Source of the DNA: an uncultured Bacilli bacterium
Lineage (GTDB): Bacteria > Bacillota_I > Bacilli_A > RF39 > UBA660
Length of the DNA: 64,000 nt
Assembly (NCBI GenBank): GCA_949065595.1
Contig: CARSXK010000002.1
Location: forward strand, 29,387-93,386
Direction of reading: 5' to 3'
Position 1 is the stretch's first letter, and every line of letters begins with the position of its first letter. Below the pieces are notes generated by a model. It worked only from the letters and a program-made list of their open reading frames with translations, did not search any database and was not told the DNA's origin. Position numbers and translations under genes: made by a program. This document shows positions 1 through 10,178 of this stretch, one piece after another.

Positions 1-491
1 ATAAAGAAATATGGAAACAAATATGTGAAATAGAACAATATAGAAATGAGATACTAGCAGATAATATCAGCTTAATATTGGAAGTTTCTCAAGTGTTAAA
101 TCAACTTTTAGCATACCAAAAAGACAAAGACAGTCTTACGAAATTTAGATTGGAAGAAAAATTTTATGAATTAGTAAAAAATAAAATTACAATTTCTGAT
201 TTATGCAAACAAGAGTCGTATATTATGAAATTCATTCGTTCTATGCAATTTACAATTTTATATCTTTTACAAGAAGGTTATGATGTAAAAAATTTAAAAG
301 ATTTATTTGACATAAAAAGCCCTAGTACTGTAGTAAATCACCTATATCATCCCCTTACAAATAAGTTGCTGGATAGTGAAATTTGTGAATATATTAGAGA
401 AAAACGTACGATTGCAGCAGACCTCCAGAGATATCAAAATTATGAAAGTTTGGAATGTGATGAAAAGGGACAATTTGTAAAAAAATATTAG
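1..491 (+). CDS. hypothetical protein, 5' end outside window
   Basis: Frame of ORF 78..491 stays open back to base 3, so the TTG at 78 is probably internal. No recognisable motif. A terminator hairpin follows. Confidence 0.45.
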   Translation, partial: KEIWKQICEIEQYRNEILADNISLILEVSQVLNQLLAYQKDKDSLTKFRLEEKFYELVKNKITISDLCKQESYIMKFIRSMQFTILYLLQEGYDVKNLKDLFDIKSPSTVVNHLYHPLTNKLLDSEICEYIREKRTIAADLQRYQNYESLECDEKGQFVKKY

Positions 492-504
492 ATTTCGTCA
501 ATAA

Positions 505-531
505 AAAAAGTTTCGAATGGAAACTTTTTTG
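505..531 (+). terminator. Rho-independent terminator
   Basis: AGTTTC(509-514)/GAAACT(520-525) stem, 5-nt loop, then a T-run. Confidence 0.6.
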
Positions 532-556
532 TTATTGTAATGAAAGGAAAAATAAA

Positions 557-1690
557 ATGAAAAAGAGTCAGAAACCAATATCCATAAAAAAAGAAAAATT
601 AATAAAATCTGCATATATACATATCCCTTTTTGTAACCACATTTGTAGCTATTGTGATTTTGCAAAATTTCTGTATCAAAAACAATGGATTTCTAAATAT
701 TTGACTGCTTTAGAACAAGAAATAAAATCAAACTATCAAGGAGAAGCTTTGAATACCATTTATATTGGTGGGGGAACTCCAACTGCTTTAGATGAAAAAG
801 AATTCGCACGATTATTAGCAGTTGTTCATAGACTTCAGCTGCAAGAAACTTATGAATATACAGTAGAGTGTAATGTGGAATCATTAACAGAAGAAAAAAT
901 CAAGTGTATGAAACAATATGGGATCAACCGTATTAGTATTGGGGTAGAGACTTTCCATACACATCATTTACAACAAATGAATCGCCATCATACCAAAAAA
1001 CAGATTATACAAGCCATTCAAAGTTTAAAACAATATGGATTTGAAAATATCAATATTGATTTAATATATGCTTTACCTAGCGAAACATTAGAAGAAGTAA
1101 AACAAGATTTATTAGAATTTTTAAAACTGGATATCCCTCACATATCTACCTATGCTCTTATGATAGAATCCAATACCCAATTTTACTTACAAAAGAAAAA
1201 GGCAATTGATGAGGAATTAGAAATACAAATGTATGAAACGATTTGTAACACTTTAAAACAACATGGTTATAAACATTACGAGATTAGTAATTTTGCAAAA
1301 CCAAATTATACTTCTAAACACAATCTAACTTATTGGAACAATCAGTATTATTACGGCTTTGGCTTGGGAGCCAGTGGGTACATTTTAGAAATGCGGTATA
1401 CCAATACTCGTAGTTTTACAAACTATTGTAATGGAAAATTTTGTTTGGAACAAGAAAAAATAGACAAGAAAATAAATATGGAACATGAAATGATGTTAGG
1501 ACTTCGAAAATTAGAAGGGGTAAATATGCTACAATTTAAGGAAAAATATGGTAAAGAAATGACTTCTATTTTTCCCATTCAAAATCTCCAAAAAGAAGGA
1601 AAGCTACAAGTGGAAAATGGATATGTGCGAATTCCAGAACCATACCTATATATATCCAACGATATTATCGTACAGTTTATAGATGACTAA
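557..1690 (+). CDS. hemW: radical SAM heme chaperone HemW (oxygen-independent coproporphyrinogen oxidase-like)
   Basis: N-terminal YIHIPFCNHICSYCDF radical-SAM CxxxCxxC motif, GGGTP motif, HemN_C-like C-terminus, typical length. Confidence 0.85.
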   Translation: MKKSQKPISIKKEKLIKSAYIHIPFCNHICSYCDFAKFLYQKQWISKYLTALEQEIKSNYQGEALNTIYIGGGTPTALDEKEFARLLAVVHRLQLQETYEYTVECNVESLTEEKIKCMKQYGINRISIGVETFHTHHLQQMNRHHTKKQIIQAIQSLKQYGFENINIDLIYALPSETLEEVKQDLLEFLKLDIPHISTYALMIESNTQFYLQKKKAIDEELEIQMYETICNTLKQHGYKHYEISNFAKPNYTSKHNLTYWNNQYYYGFGLGASGYILEMRYTNTRSFTNYCNGKFCLEQEKIDKKINMEHEMMLGLRKLEGVNMLQFKEKYGKEMTSIFPIQNLQKEGKLQVENGYVRIPEPYLYISNDIIVQFIDD

Positions 1691-1793
1691 TTTAATCAAA
1701 AAACGGAAACATAAAATTTATCCCTACGATTTTATTGATAACCAAACATACATTTTTATGCATTTTTGTCATATTCTGTAAAAGGGGAGATAT

Positions 1794-2435
1794 ATGAGAA
1801 AATGGATTGCCCATCGTGGAAATAACAACCACGGATATCAAGAAAATACCAAAGAAGCTTTACTTGCAGCTTTAAAAACAGAGTATATCGCAGGTGTAGA
1901 ATTAGACATTCGAAAAACCAAAGATGATCAACTCATCATCATACATAATCCAACCATATCTTGGACAAGTGATGGTACTGGCATCGTTAAATATATGACG
2001 TTAAAAGAATTGGAACAATACAATTTTGGAACCAAAATAAAACATCAATCAATTTGTACGTTAACCGCTTTTTTAAAAGAAGTTAACACGAATAAAATCA
2101 TTATGATTGAAGTAAAAGATAGTTCCATTTCAGAATTACTATTTCAAGTCATTCAAGGTTATTCTCATCTAAATCTTTATATCAGTAGTTTTGATGAACT
2201 GTTTTTAAACCAATTTAAAAAACAACATCCAGAGTATAAAGTTGGCCTAATTATGGGAGAAATGATAAACCATAACAAAGAAATATCTGGTTATGATTTT
2301 ATTGTAACGAAAGACATACATTTTCAAAAAAGCAAAGAGATTTTTCTTTGGGGATTGCATCAACATGATATTCAAAATACAGATGCAAATGCTTTGATAA
2401 TTACCGATAAAGCTTATCTATGGAACAATGTTTAG
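1794..2435 (+). CDS. glycerophosphodiester phosphodiesterase family protein
   Basis: IAHRG...E(N)T start and ELDIRKTKD motif typical of the GDPD family; RBS GGGGAG. Confidence 0.7.
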   Translation: MRKWIAHRGNNNHGYQENTKEALLAALKTEYIAGVELDIRKTKDDQLIIIHNPTISWTSDGTGIVKYMTLKELEQYNFGTKIKHQSICTLTAFLKEVNTNKIIMIEVKDSSISELLFQVIQGYSHLNLYISSFDELFLNQFKKQHPEYKVGLIMGEMINHNKEISGYDFIVTKDIHFQKSKEIFLWGLHQHDIQNTDANALIITDKAYLWNNV

Positions 2436-2929
2436 GGCGCATATCCACCATTTACAGTCACAGCATTTTCAGAAACTATCATACAGTTTTGATCATGCTT
2501 TTTTAATATCAAAACAGCTTTATGCCGTTTTTTTCTTGGTGTCATAATCCAGTAAATTTCTTTATTATTTTTCATTCCACATCCTTGCATTACAGTCACA
2601 GCATAACCTGCTTCCCTTAAATCAGAAAGCATTTTTTCATTTTTAGAATCCGTAATACAAGTAATCAAATTCGAACCCATAGCTAATTTTTCTTCAATCA
2701 AACAACCAGCATAAGATCCAATAAAAGAACCAATTGCAAAGATAGCAATTTTAAGCCAATCTTCATTGATTCCTGTAAGGACTGCTCCTGTTGAAAAAAT
2801 CCACACCAAAGCGTTGGCAAGCTGTAAAAAAGCCCCTAACCATTTTTTATCATTGGCAACTACAATCATTCGTAATGTACCCAACGAAATTTCGATTACT
2901 TTTGATAGAAAGATAAATAGATATATCAT
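2432..2929 (-). CDS. UPF0316/DUF2179 family membrane protein
   Basis: N-terminal pattern KVIEISLGTLRMIVV, three TM helices, then a soluble DUF2179-like C-terminus. Confidence 0.65.
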   Translation of the reverse strand: MIYLFIFLSKVIEISLGTLRMIVVANDKKWLGAFLQLANALVWIFSTGAVLTGINEDWLKIAIFAIGSFIGSYAGCLIEEKLAMGSNLITCITDSKNEKMLSDLREAGYAVTVMQGCGMKNNKEIYWIMTPRKKRHKAVLILKKHDQNCMIVSENAVTVNGGYAP

Positions 2930-2992
2930 AATTATTTTCCTTTCTAAATATATATGATATAATAAAACCTTATTTGAGAGGAAGAAATATTT

Positions 2993-3745
2993 ATGCTTGC
3001 AACACTATCATATCAGGAAGTAAATAAACAAAAACAAATCTCGCTTCCATATTATGAAATTCAAAATATTGCACAAGAAATCTATGAAAAAGATAAAAAT
3101 AGGGTAGAATTTGATTTTCAAACTTTTGAAAATAAATACACATATTTTAATCCATATCTAGATTACATATTATTACAAAAACAGGGTAGACTAGATTCTT
3201 TTTTGATGAATGAAAATTATAGTATTTATGGGACCACTGATCATACCATTTGCTATTATTCAGATGTACTAATAGGACTCCATAAGGAAAGACATGTCAT
3301 TCCTTATTTTGCTTCAGATAATGAAAGTATCATGTGGAATCAACCCAACTATGGATACGCTTGTATTTTATTAGCGGACGCAAATCGTATCTCTCATAAA
3401 AATGCAAAAACACATAATCTAATCATTAATTTATACTTACATTCAATACTTTCACAAAATAAGGAAATTGCCAATCATTATGAAGAATGGATTTCCAAAC
3501 AATACAATAACAGAGAATCCCCATTCGATGAATACGGGATGTATGCGGGACTTTATTTAGGCGTAATACGCTATGTGAAACTGGATGTTCCACAACCTAT
3601 TATTTTTTACACAAGCAATCAGAAAATACAAACCGATTTACAAACCAATTGGTTAAATCAACAAACTAAGGCTATTTGTTATAGATTTTGTATGGAAGAA
3701 AAAGAAAGTGAAAAAGCCAAACAGTTCATAAAATCTTTTTCTTAA
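2993..3745 (+). CDS. hypothetical protein
   Basis: Long ORF in an otherwise empty interval; no motif recognised. Confidence 0.5.
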   Translation: MLATLSYQEVNKQKQISLPYYEIQNIAQEIYEKDKNRVEFDFQTFENKYTYFNPYLDYILLQKQGRLDSFLMNENYSIYGTTDHTICYYSDVLIGLHKERHVIPYFASDNESIMWNQPNYGYACILLADANRISHKNAKTHNLIINLYLHSILSQNKEIANHYEEWISKQYNNRESPFDEYGMYAGLYLGVIRYVKLDVPQPIIFYTSNQKIQTDLQTNWLNQQTKAICYRFCMEEKESEKAKQFIKSFS

Positions 3746-4502
3746 TATTTTCTAGTCCACTTTTTTCTAATCTAGAAATTTGAGCTTGTGAAATTCCAAT
3801 TTCTTCTGCAAGTTCTAGTTGTGTTTTTCCTATAATGTAACGTTCATATAAAATATGGCGCTCTTTTTCTTTTAAATGTCTTATAGCATCTCGTAATGCA
3901 ATTTTCATATCCAATGAATAATGAGAATCCTTCTTATCTTCCAATTGGTCTGCAAGATAAATGGTATCACCACCATCATTATAGATAGGCTCAAACATAC
4001 TAATGGTATCTCGCATAGAATCAATGGCATTGCTAACATCATATTCTGGCATATTTAACTTTTGTGCTATTTCTGCAATGCTGGGTTCTTTTCCAAACTC
4101 ATTGGTCAATTCCTCTTTTATTTTCATTGCATGATAAGCAATATCTTTAATACTTCTTGCAACTCGAATGCTGCCACTATCTCTTAAGTAACGTCTTACT
4201 TCCCCTAAAATCATAGGAACTGCATAAGTGGAGAATTTCACTTCTTTTTCCAAATCAAAATTATCAATGGCTTTAATCAAACCAATGACACCCACTTGAA
4301 ACAAATCATCCATATTATCTGTTCGATTATTGTATTTTTTTAAAATAGAAAGCACCAACTTTAAATTACCATTAATCAGTTCCTCTTTTGCAGTCGTATC
4401 TCCCTTTTGTAATCGTTCAAATAATTGGCTCATCTCATCAGATGTTAATACTTTAATATTCGCAGTATTCACGCCACAAATTTCTACTTTATGACGTGCC
4501 AT
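3726..4502 (-). CDS. sigG: sporulation sigma factor SigG
   Basis: Near-colinear with B. subtilis SigG: KVEICGV, NGNLKLVLS, DDLFQVGVIGL, KFSTYAVPMILGEVRRYLRD, EPIYNDGGD, EEIGISQAQISRLEK. RBS AAGGAG. Confidence 0.9.
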   Translation of the reverse strand: MARHKVEICGVNTANIKVLTSDEMSQLFERLQKGDTTAKEELINGNLKLVLSILKKYNNRTDNMDDLFQVGVIGLIKAIDNFDLEKEVKFSTYAVPMILGEVRRYLRDSGSIRVARSIKDIAYHAMKIKEELTNEFGKEPSIAEIAQKLNMPEYDVSNAIDSMRDTISMFEPIYNDGGDTIYLADQLEDKKDSHYSLDMKIALRDAIRHLKEKERHILYERYIIGKTQLELAEEIGISQAQISRLEKSGLENIKKKIL

Positions 4503-4522
4503 ATAAATCTCCTTTCTGCTTC

Positions 4523-4552
4523 TATCTTGTACAAACTTTCTTTCTTTTATTC
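4523..4552 (-). promoter_or_regulatory. candidate forespore (sigma-F/G type) promoter of sigG
   Basis: On the - strand: GAATA (4552-4548), 18-nt spacer, CAAGATA (4529-4523). Compared with the remembered sigma-G consensus GHATR-18-CATXHTA. Confidence 0.35.
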
Positions 4553-4691
4553 AAACGTTCTAATTATTTTTTTCTCGCATAAACTAAAAATGAGCAGTCA
4601 AGACTGCTTATTTTGTTTGACACCAATTTGACAAAGAAATAAAAATAAGTTAAAATGAAGTTGTTCTTTCAAATTACATAGAGGTGAAATT

Positions 4692-5312
4692 GTGAAAATA
4701 GAACAAAGCAAATTATTTAAAATAGCAGGGTCTCTTTTCAGTATTTTATTACTAGCAATCGGTGGATTTTTTCTAAAAAATACGATAGATTCTAATAATC
4801 GTAAATTATTTGAAGAAAGCAACACCAATGTTGCTTATACGCCATTTAAAAGTACTGTTGTATTAGAATATCTACAAAAAGAGGCTGAGAATAAAATCGT
4901 TTATGATGGTCTTACCATGGATGAATTGATTGCTAAATTGAATCGTTCTTTAAAAGGAAAAGTGGCAGGAACAGGGGAGAAGTTCGCTACTAGATGCTTG
5001 GAACTTGGACTAGATCCATATATGGCTGTTGCCATTGTTCTTCATGAAACAGGGTGCAATGGAACCTGTAGTAAACTAGTGCAGAATTGTAACAATGTAG
5101 GTGGTATGAAAGGAAAACCAGGATGCAACGGAGGATCATACCGTGCATTTGATACATTGGACCAAGGAATTGATGCTTTTTTAAATAATTTATACAAAAA
5201 TTATATTGCAAAGGGGCTTGTAACTCCAGAACAAATTGGTGTAAAATATGCAGCAAGTACCACTTGGGCAAGTAAAATTCATTATTACATGAATAAAATA
5301 AAAGCAGGATAA
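4692..5312 (+). CDS. membrane-anchored glucosaminidase-domain protein (peptidoglycan hydrolase)
   Basis: N-terminal TM helix, then AVAIVLHETG...NNVGGMKG...YRAFDT pattern of the mannosyl-glycoprotein endo-beta-N-acetylglucosaminidase domain. GTG start. Confidence 0.65.
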   Translation: MKIEQSKLFKIAGSLFSILLLAIGGFFLKNTIDSNNRKLFEESNTNVAYTPFKSTVVLEYLQKEAENKIVYDGLTMDELIAKLNRSLKGKVAGTGEKFATRCLELGLDPYMAVAIVLHETGCNGTCSKLVQNCNNVGGMKGKPGCNGGSYRAFDTLDQGIDAFLNNLYKNYIAKGLVTPEQIGVKYAASTTWASKIHYYMNKIKAG

Positions 5313-5350
5313 AAATCCTACTTTTTTCATATAATGAATTGGTGATATCT

Positions 5351-5584
5351 ATGCGCTTATCAGACTTACAAAACAAAGACATTGTCAATATAGACGATGG
5401 AAAAAAAATTGGAAATATTATTGATGTTGTGATTGATAAAGAAGGAAATATGGAATCCTTAATTGTTCAAAAATCAAAGTTTATCACCAATATTTTTAGT
5501 AATAAAGACGAAATGGAAGTCAAATGGAAACAAATCGAAAAAATTGGCGAAGACGTTATTTTGGTGAGTATGGTGATTTATTAA
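5351..5584 (+). CDS. ylmC: YlmC/YmxH family sporulation protein (PRC-barrel)
   Basis: MRLSDLQNKDIVNIDDGKKIGNI...D is the typical family N-terminus. The ATG at 5351 is preferred over the track start at 5339. Confidence 0.75.
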   Translation: MRLSDLQNKDIVNIDDGKKIGNIIDVVIDKEGNMESLIVQKSKFITNIFSNKDEMEVKWKQIEKIGEDVILVSMVIY

Positions 5585-5616
5585 AAACTATGTTATAATT
5601 GATTTAGGTGACTCAT

Positions 5617-6621
5617 ATGAAAATACTATTGTATACAGAATTTGCAAAATTAAATGGAAAGTCAGGCCTTGGAAAGGCGATTCAACATCAAAAAAAGGCA
5701 TTAGAAGATAACAAAATAGAATATACAACCAACCCCAAATGCAAAGATTATGATATTATACATATTAACTTTTATGGACCAAAATCATATTATATGGCTA
5801 AAAAGGCCAAAAAACAAGGAAAAAAAGTAATTTATCATGCCCACTCAACAGAAGAAGATTTTCGCAATTCTTTCATATTCTCCAATCAACTTGCTCCTCT
5901 TTTTAAAAAATGGATTTGTAAATGCTACCGCCTAGGAGATCATATAGTAACACCTACAGAATATTCGAAAAAAATATTGGAAAGCTACCATCTCAATCGT
6001 CCCATCACTGCCATTTCTAATGGAATTGATATGACTTTTTTTGAGCGGAACGAAGAGCAAGGGAAACAATTTAGAAAACAATTTGGATACAAAGAAACCG
6101 ATAAAGTAGTGATGGGTGTTGGATTATATTTAGAGCGAAAAGGAATTTTAACCTTTGTAGAACTTGCCAAAAGATTACCTCAATACCAATTTATTTGGTT
6201 TGGATATTCCCCTTTAACCTTTTCTCCACGAAAAGTCAAAAAAGCAGTTCACACACAATTAAACAATCTAGTATTTGCAGGCTATGTAGAGCCAAATATC
6301 TTGCGTGGTGCCTATAGTGGCGCAGATTTATATATTTTTCCAACTTTAGAAGAAACAGAAGGTATTCCTATTTTAGAAGCACTTACTGAAAAAATACCAG
6401 CTTTAATATCCGATATTCCCATATTCACATTTCTAGAAGATGGAAAACAAGTATACAAGGCTAAAACAATTGATGAATTTGAAGAAAAAACCATTGCCAT
6501 TTTGGAAGGAAAACTCCCATCTTTGGTAGAAGAAGGCTATCAAATGGTAAAACCAAGAGAAATCAAACGAGCTGGGAAACAACTTGCAGATTTATATCAT
6601 TATGTTTTAAAAGAAAAGTAA
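5617..6621 (+). CDS. glycosyltransferase family 4 (GT-B, group 1)
   Basis: C-terminal E(x7)E-type motif (PTLEETEGIPILEA) and overall GT4 layout. ATG at 5617 follows RBS AGGTGA. Confidence 0.7.
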   Translation: MKILLYTEFAKLNGKSGLGKAIQHQKKALEDNKIEYTTNPKCKDYDIIHINFYGPKSYYMAKKAKKQGKKVIYHAHSTEEDFRNSFIFSNQLAPLFKKWICKCYRLGDHIVTPTEYSKKILESYHLNRPITAISNGIDMTFFERNEEQGKQFRKQFGYKETDKVVMGVGLYLERKGILTFVELAKRLPQYQFIWFGYSPLTFSPRKVKKAVHTQLNNLVFAGYVEPNILRGAYSGADLYIFPTLEETEGIPILEALTEKIPALISDIPIFTFLEDGKQVYKAKTIDEFEEKTIAILEGKLPSLVEEGYQMVKPREIKRAGKQLADLYHYVLKEK

Positions 6622-6708
6622 ACGCTTTTCTTTTTTCTTGAATTCCATAGTTCCACTTGAAAATCAAGTCAAATTATAGTAAACTGATAATAAGAAAGTA
6701 GGGATAAT

Positions 6709-7728
6709 ATGCAAGAAAAAATCAATAAAATGATATGGTCACTTATTCCTATTTTATTAATAGGTGTCCTAATCTTCTATCAAAGTACCAAAAAGAAACA
6801 AACAGAGTATTCCCAAAATTTCTTTTATATGGATACTTATATTTATGTAAAATTGTATGATAACAATGAAAAGAAAATAAAACAAGCCTTCGAACAAATA
6901 GATAAAATCTATCAAGAATATCATCAACTTGCAGACCGTTATCAACCCTATGATGGAATGATAAATTTATATACCATTCATCACAATGATATGGAAGAAG
7001 AAACGCTAACACTAGATACACGACTCTATAAGATGATCGCATATGGAAAAGAATGGTATCAAAAAAGTAATGGAAAATTAGATATCAGTATCGGAAATAT
7101 CACTGATATATGGAAACATGTAAGAGAAAACCAAACGGGTATTCCCACATTAGAAGAATTAAGACAGCAAAATACTGCTTCCATAGAAGATATCGTTTTA
7201 CTTGAAAATAACCAAATTCAAAATAACCATGTGAATATCGATTTGGGTGCCATTGCGAAAGGATATGCAACAGAAATGGTAGGCGAATATTTAGAATCAA
7301 TCGGTATGCAACATTATCTAATCAATGCAGGGGGCAATGTCAAAGTAGGCAATCCTAAAAACAAAGAACATTTTTCAATTGGAATTGAAGATCCAAATAG
7401 TAACACAGGAGAAGTTTGTAAAATTATTTATGGAAAAAATATCAGCGTTGTCACAAGTGGTGGTTATGAACGATATTATGAATATGAAGGAACAAAATAC
7501 CATCATATTATTGATCCCAATACATTCATGCCCGTTCAGTATATGAAAAGTGTCACTGTCATTACCCAAGATAGCCGTTTGGGTGATGTACTATCCACTA
7601 TTTTATTTTTAATGCCAATAGAAGAAGGACAAGCACTCGTAGCTTCTTTAGACATAGAGGCCATTTGGTATACCAATCAAAATGAAATAATTACTTCAGC
7701 AGGAATGCATATCTATGAACAAAAATGA
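6709..7728 (+). CDS. apbE: FAD:protein FMN transferase ApbE
   Basis: N-terminal TM/signal; MDT...V start; DLGAIAKGYA, NAGGN and SGGYER motifs typical of ApbE. Confidence 0.85.
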   Translation: MQEKINKMIWSLIPILLIGVLIFYQSTKKKQTEYSQNFFYMDTYIYVKLYDNNEKKIKQAFEQIDKIYQEYHQLADRYQPYDGMINLYTIHHNDMEEETLTLDTRLYKMIAYGKEWYQKSNGKLDISIGNITDIWKHVRENQTGIPTLEELRQQNTASIEDIVLLENNQIQNNHVNIDLGAIAKGYATEMVGEYLESIGMQHYLINAGGNVKVGNPKNKEHFSIGIEDPNSNTGEVCKIIYGKNISVVTSGGYERYYEYEGTKYHHIIDPNTFMPVQYMKSVTVITQDSRLGDVLSTILFLMPIEEGQALVASLDIEAIWYTNQNEIITSAGMHIYEQK

Positions 7729-8080
7729 TATTCGATTGATTATAGGCATTTTGACCATTACCATTGTTACACTACTTTTATTTTCTACCATGCATCAAAC
7801 TGTTCCCGCCACTGCGAACATATATTATGAAAATGAATTAATAAAAACCATTGATTTATCACAAAATGATCAAAAAGAATATACCATTGAGGGAAAAAAC
7901 GGTTTGGTTATAATAGAAGTCAACCATGGAAAAATTAGAGTCAAAGAAGAAAATAGTCCTCTTCATATCTGTTCCAAACAAGGTTATATTAGTAAAAGTA
8001 GTGAAACTATTATTTGTTTACCCAATCGAATCGTGATAGAAATAGAAGCGAAAGGTACAGTCGATACTGTAGTTAGGTGA
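7715..8080 (+). CDS. NusG domain II-containing protein (DUF1312)
   Basis: TM anchor plus the C-terminal pattern HICSKQGYISKSSETIICLPNRIVIEI seen in this family. Overlaps the apbE stop. Confidence 0.65.
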   Translation: MNKNDIRLIIGILTITIVTLLLFSTMHQTVPATANIYYENELIKTIDLSQNDQKEYTIEGKNGLVIIEVNHGKIRVKEENSPLHICSKQGYISKSSETIICLPNRIVIEIEAKGTVDTVVR

Positions 8081-8084
8081 AATC

Positions 8085-8588
8085 ATGGAATATAAAAAAC
8101 TAACACGACTATCTATGTTTCTTGCAATTTCTATATTACTCAGTATTTTAGAAAGTATCTTCCCCATAATCAATGGAATGGTTCCTGGAATGAAACTAGG
8201 AATGGCCAATATCATTGTGGTAATAACATTATTTTTATATGGCAGAAAAGAAGCATTTTTGCTTGCAATTTTAAGAGTCTTTTTAATGGGAATATTGCGA
8301 ACAGGGATATTTAGTATTACCTTTTTCTTTAGTCTTACAGGAGCCATTTTTAGTGTAGGAATGATGTCATTGGTTGTTCAAAGCAAACTTTCCATTATTG
8401 GAATAAGTATACTAGGGTCTATTTTTCATAGCATTGGACAATTTTTCGCAGCACAATTTCTCTTACATATGCCCAAAATAATCTATTATCTCCCATGGAT
8501 GATATTATTCTCGTTAGTAACTGGAATGATTACAGGATATTTTTCCAAACAGGTTTTACATTATATCGCAAAAGGAGATTGTAAATAA
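8085..8588 (+). CDS. Gx transporter family protein (heptaprenyl diphosphate synthase component I-like)
   Basis: Polytopic membrane protein with PGMKLGMANI motif; usual partner of NusG-II/ApbE genes. Confidence 0.65.
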   Translation: MEYKKLTRLSMFLAISILLSILESIFPIINGMVPGMKLGMANIIVVITLFLYGRKEAFLLAILRVFLMGILRTGIFSITFFFSLTGAIFSVGMMSLVVQSKLSIIGISILGSIFHSIGQFFAAQFLLHMPKIIYYLPWMILFSLVTGMITGYFSKQVLHYIAKGDCK

Positions 8589-8631
8589 AACCATAATTGG
8601 GTATAATAGAAACAGAATAGGAAGTGTAACA

Positions 8632-9123
8632 ATGAAAAAAATAGTACAAATGACCATCCTTGTTTTATTCAGTATGGTATTATGTGGTTGTGAAAAAGTC
8701 GAAAAAGAAGGTATTTATCTAACAGGAACATATACTGGAATTGTTCCATATGAATCTTATGGAAAACAATATATAACAACTGCGACTATTTATGTAGGTA
8801 AATATGGCAATATAGAAAGCTGTTATATCGATTCTACCTATCAAACGGCAGAAGGTGTCATTACAACCAAAAAAGCGTTAAAGGATGATTATGCGATGAA
8901 AGAAACATCTGCTAACATTGGTTTGATTCCAGGTGGAGCAGAGTGGTATGAACAAGTTCAACAAATTGAGCAAAAAGTAATAGAAGAACAAAATTTAGAT
9001 TGGGTAAAATGGTCTGATGAAAAGCAAACAAAATTAGATTTAGATGTCATTAGTGGGGTTACTATTACTTCAGATACCTATATCAAAGCAATCAGTGAAG
9101 CAATGATTCAAGCAAAAAAATAA
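8632..9123 (+). CDS. FMN-binding domain lipoprotein
   Basis: Lipobox LCGC in the signal peptide; C-terminal ISGVTITS flavinylation motif (FMN_bind). Confidence 0.7.
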   Translation: MKKIVQMTILVLFSMVLCGCEKVEKEGIYLTGTYTGIVPYESYGKQYITTATIYVGKYGNIESCYIDSTYQTAEGVITTKKALKDDYAMKETSANIGLIPGGAEWYEQVQQIEQKVIEEQNLDWVKWSDEKQTKLDLDVISGVTITSDTYIKAISEAMIQAKK

Positions 9124-9201
9124 GAAAAAGTTTAAATGGAAAAAGCACAGGATTGCTTTTTTTTCATTCCCAAATTTGCTATAATGAAATAGGTGAGAAG
9201 T

Positions 9202-10146
9202 ATGACATATTTGTTTTATGGGACAGAATACTATTTAATCAAAAAAGAAATAGAAACCATTCTTGCAAAAGAAAAAATCCAAACGATGAATCAAAATACT
9301 TATGATTTAGAAAATAGTCAATTAAAAGACATTATCGAAGATGCTACTACCATTTCTTTATTTGGAGATAAAAAAGCTATCATCGTTGAAAATAGCTATA
9401 TTTTTACAGGAACTACAAACAAAAAATTACCAGAACAAACTATAGAAATACTAATTTCCTATTTAAAACAACCCAATGAGGATACATTATTATTTTTTAT
9501 TGTAAATAAAGATACAATTGATAAAAGAAAAAAACTTGTAACTGAAATGAAATTAAATGGAATAGTGAAAGAATTTGCACCTTTAGCCAACCAAACACAA
9601 TATGTTATTTCTATGTTAAAACCATACCAAATAGAGGAAAAAGAAGCAACGTTTCTTATCCATCGTGTTGGTAACCAACTTTCCATTTTGGAGCAAGAAA
9701 TTCAAAAATTAAAAACCTATAAAAATAAGGATTTGCAAATTACAAAACAAGATATTATAGATGTTACTTGTAAAACAGTAGATATCGATATTTTCACACT
9801 ACTAGACAACATTGTAACTAAAAACAAAGAAAGAGCTCTAGAAAGCTATGCAGAAATGATAAAAATAGGGGAAGAACCCATCAAAATTATGATTTTGCTT
9901 GCCAATCAATTTCGAATTATGTATCAAGCAAAACAACTGATTAAAAAAGGATACTCAGAAAAAGACATTTCTTCTTCTTTGAATGTTCATCCTTATCGAA
10001 TTAAACTTGCATTAGAAAAAAGTCGCTCCTTTCAGGAAGAGACGTTACTTAACTATTTAAAACAATTATCACATTTAGATTATGAAATTAAAAGTGGAAA
10101 AACAGATAAAAATATAGGATTGGAATTATTTATTTTAAGTCTCTAA
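9202..10146 (+). CDS. holA: DNA polymerase III subunit delta
   Basis: YLFYGTEYYL start, length and helical C-terminus typical of HolA. ATG at 9202 follows RBS AGGTGA. Confidence 0.8.
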   Translation: MTYLFYGTEYYLIKKEIETILAKEKIQTMNQNTYDLENSQLKDIIEDATTISLFGDKKAIIVENSYIFTGTTNKKLPEQTIEILISYLKQPNEDTLLFFIVNKDTIDKRKKLVTEMKLNGIVKEFAPLANQTQYVISMLKPYQIEEKEATFLIHRVGNQLSILEQEIQKLKTYKNKDLQITKQDIIDVTCKTVDIDIFTLLDNIVTKNKERALESYAEMIKIGEEPIKIMILLANQFRIMYQAKQLIKKGYSEKDISSSLNVHPYRIKLALEKSRSFQEETLLNYLKQLSHLDYEIKSGKTDKNIGLELFILSL

Positions 10147-10178
10147 ATGCCCAGAAAAAAACAGATATTCAATCTGTT

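Noticed and set aside
4585-4612. AGCAGTC-AA-GACTGCT hairpin upstream of sigG, considered as a terminator
   Set aside because: No upstream gene on either strand ends here and the T-run is interrupted. It could insulate sigG from read-through, but that cannot be supported from sequence alone.
4990-5388. 132-aa - strand ORF (and similar antisense ORFs at 693-884, 2766-2957, 4598-4828, 5985-6170, 6312-6500, 6749-7042, 7100-7300, 7375-7569, 8018-8347, 9459-9686)
   Set aside because: All lie inside, and antisense to or out of frame with, genes that have clear family motifs. None has an RBS or a recognisable domain.
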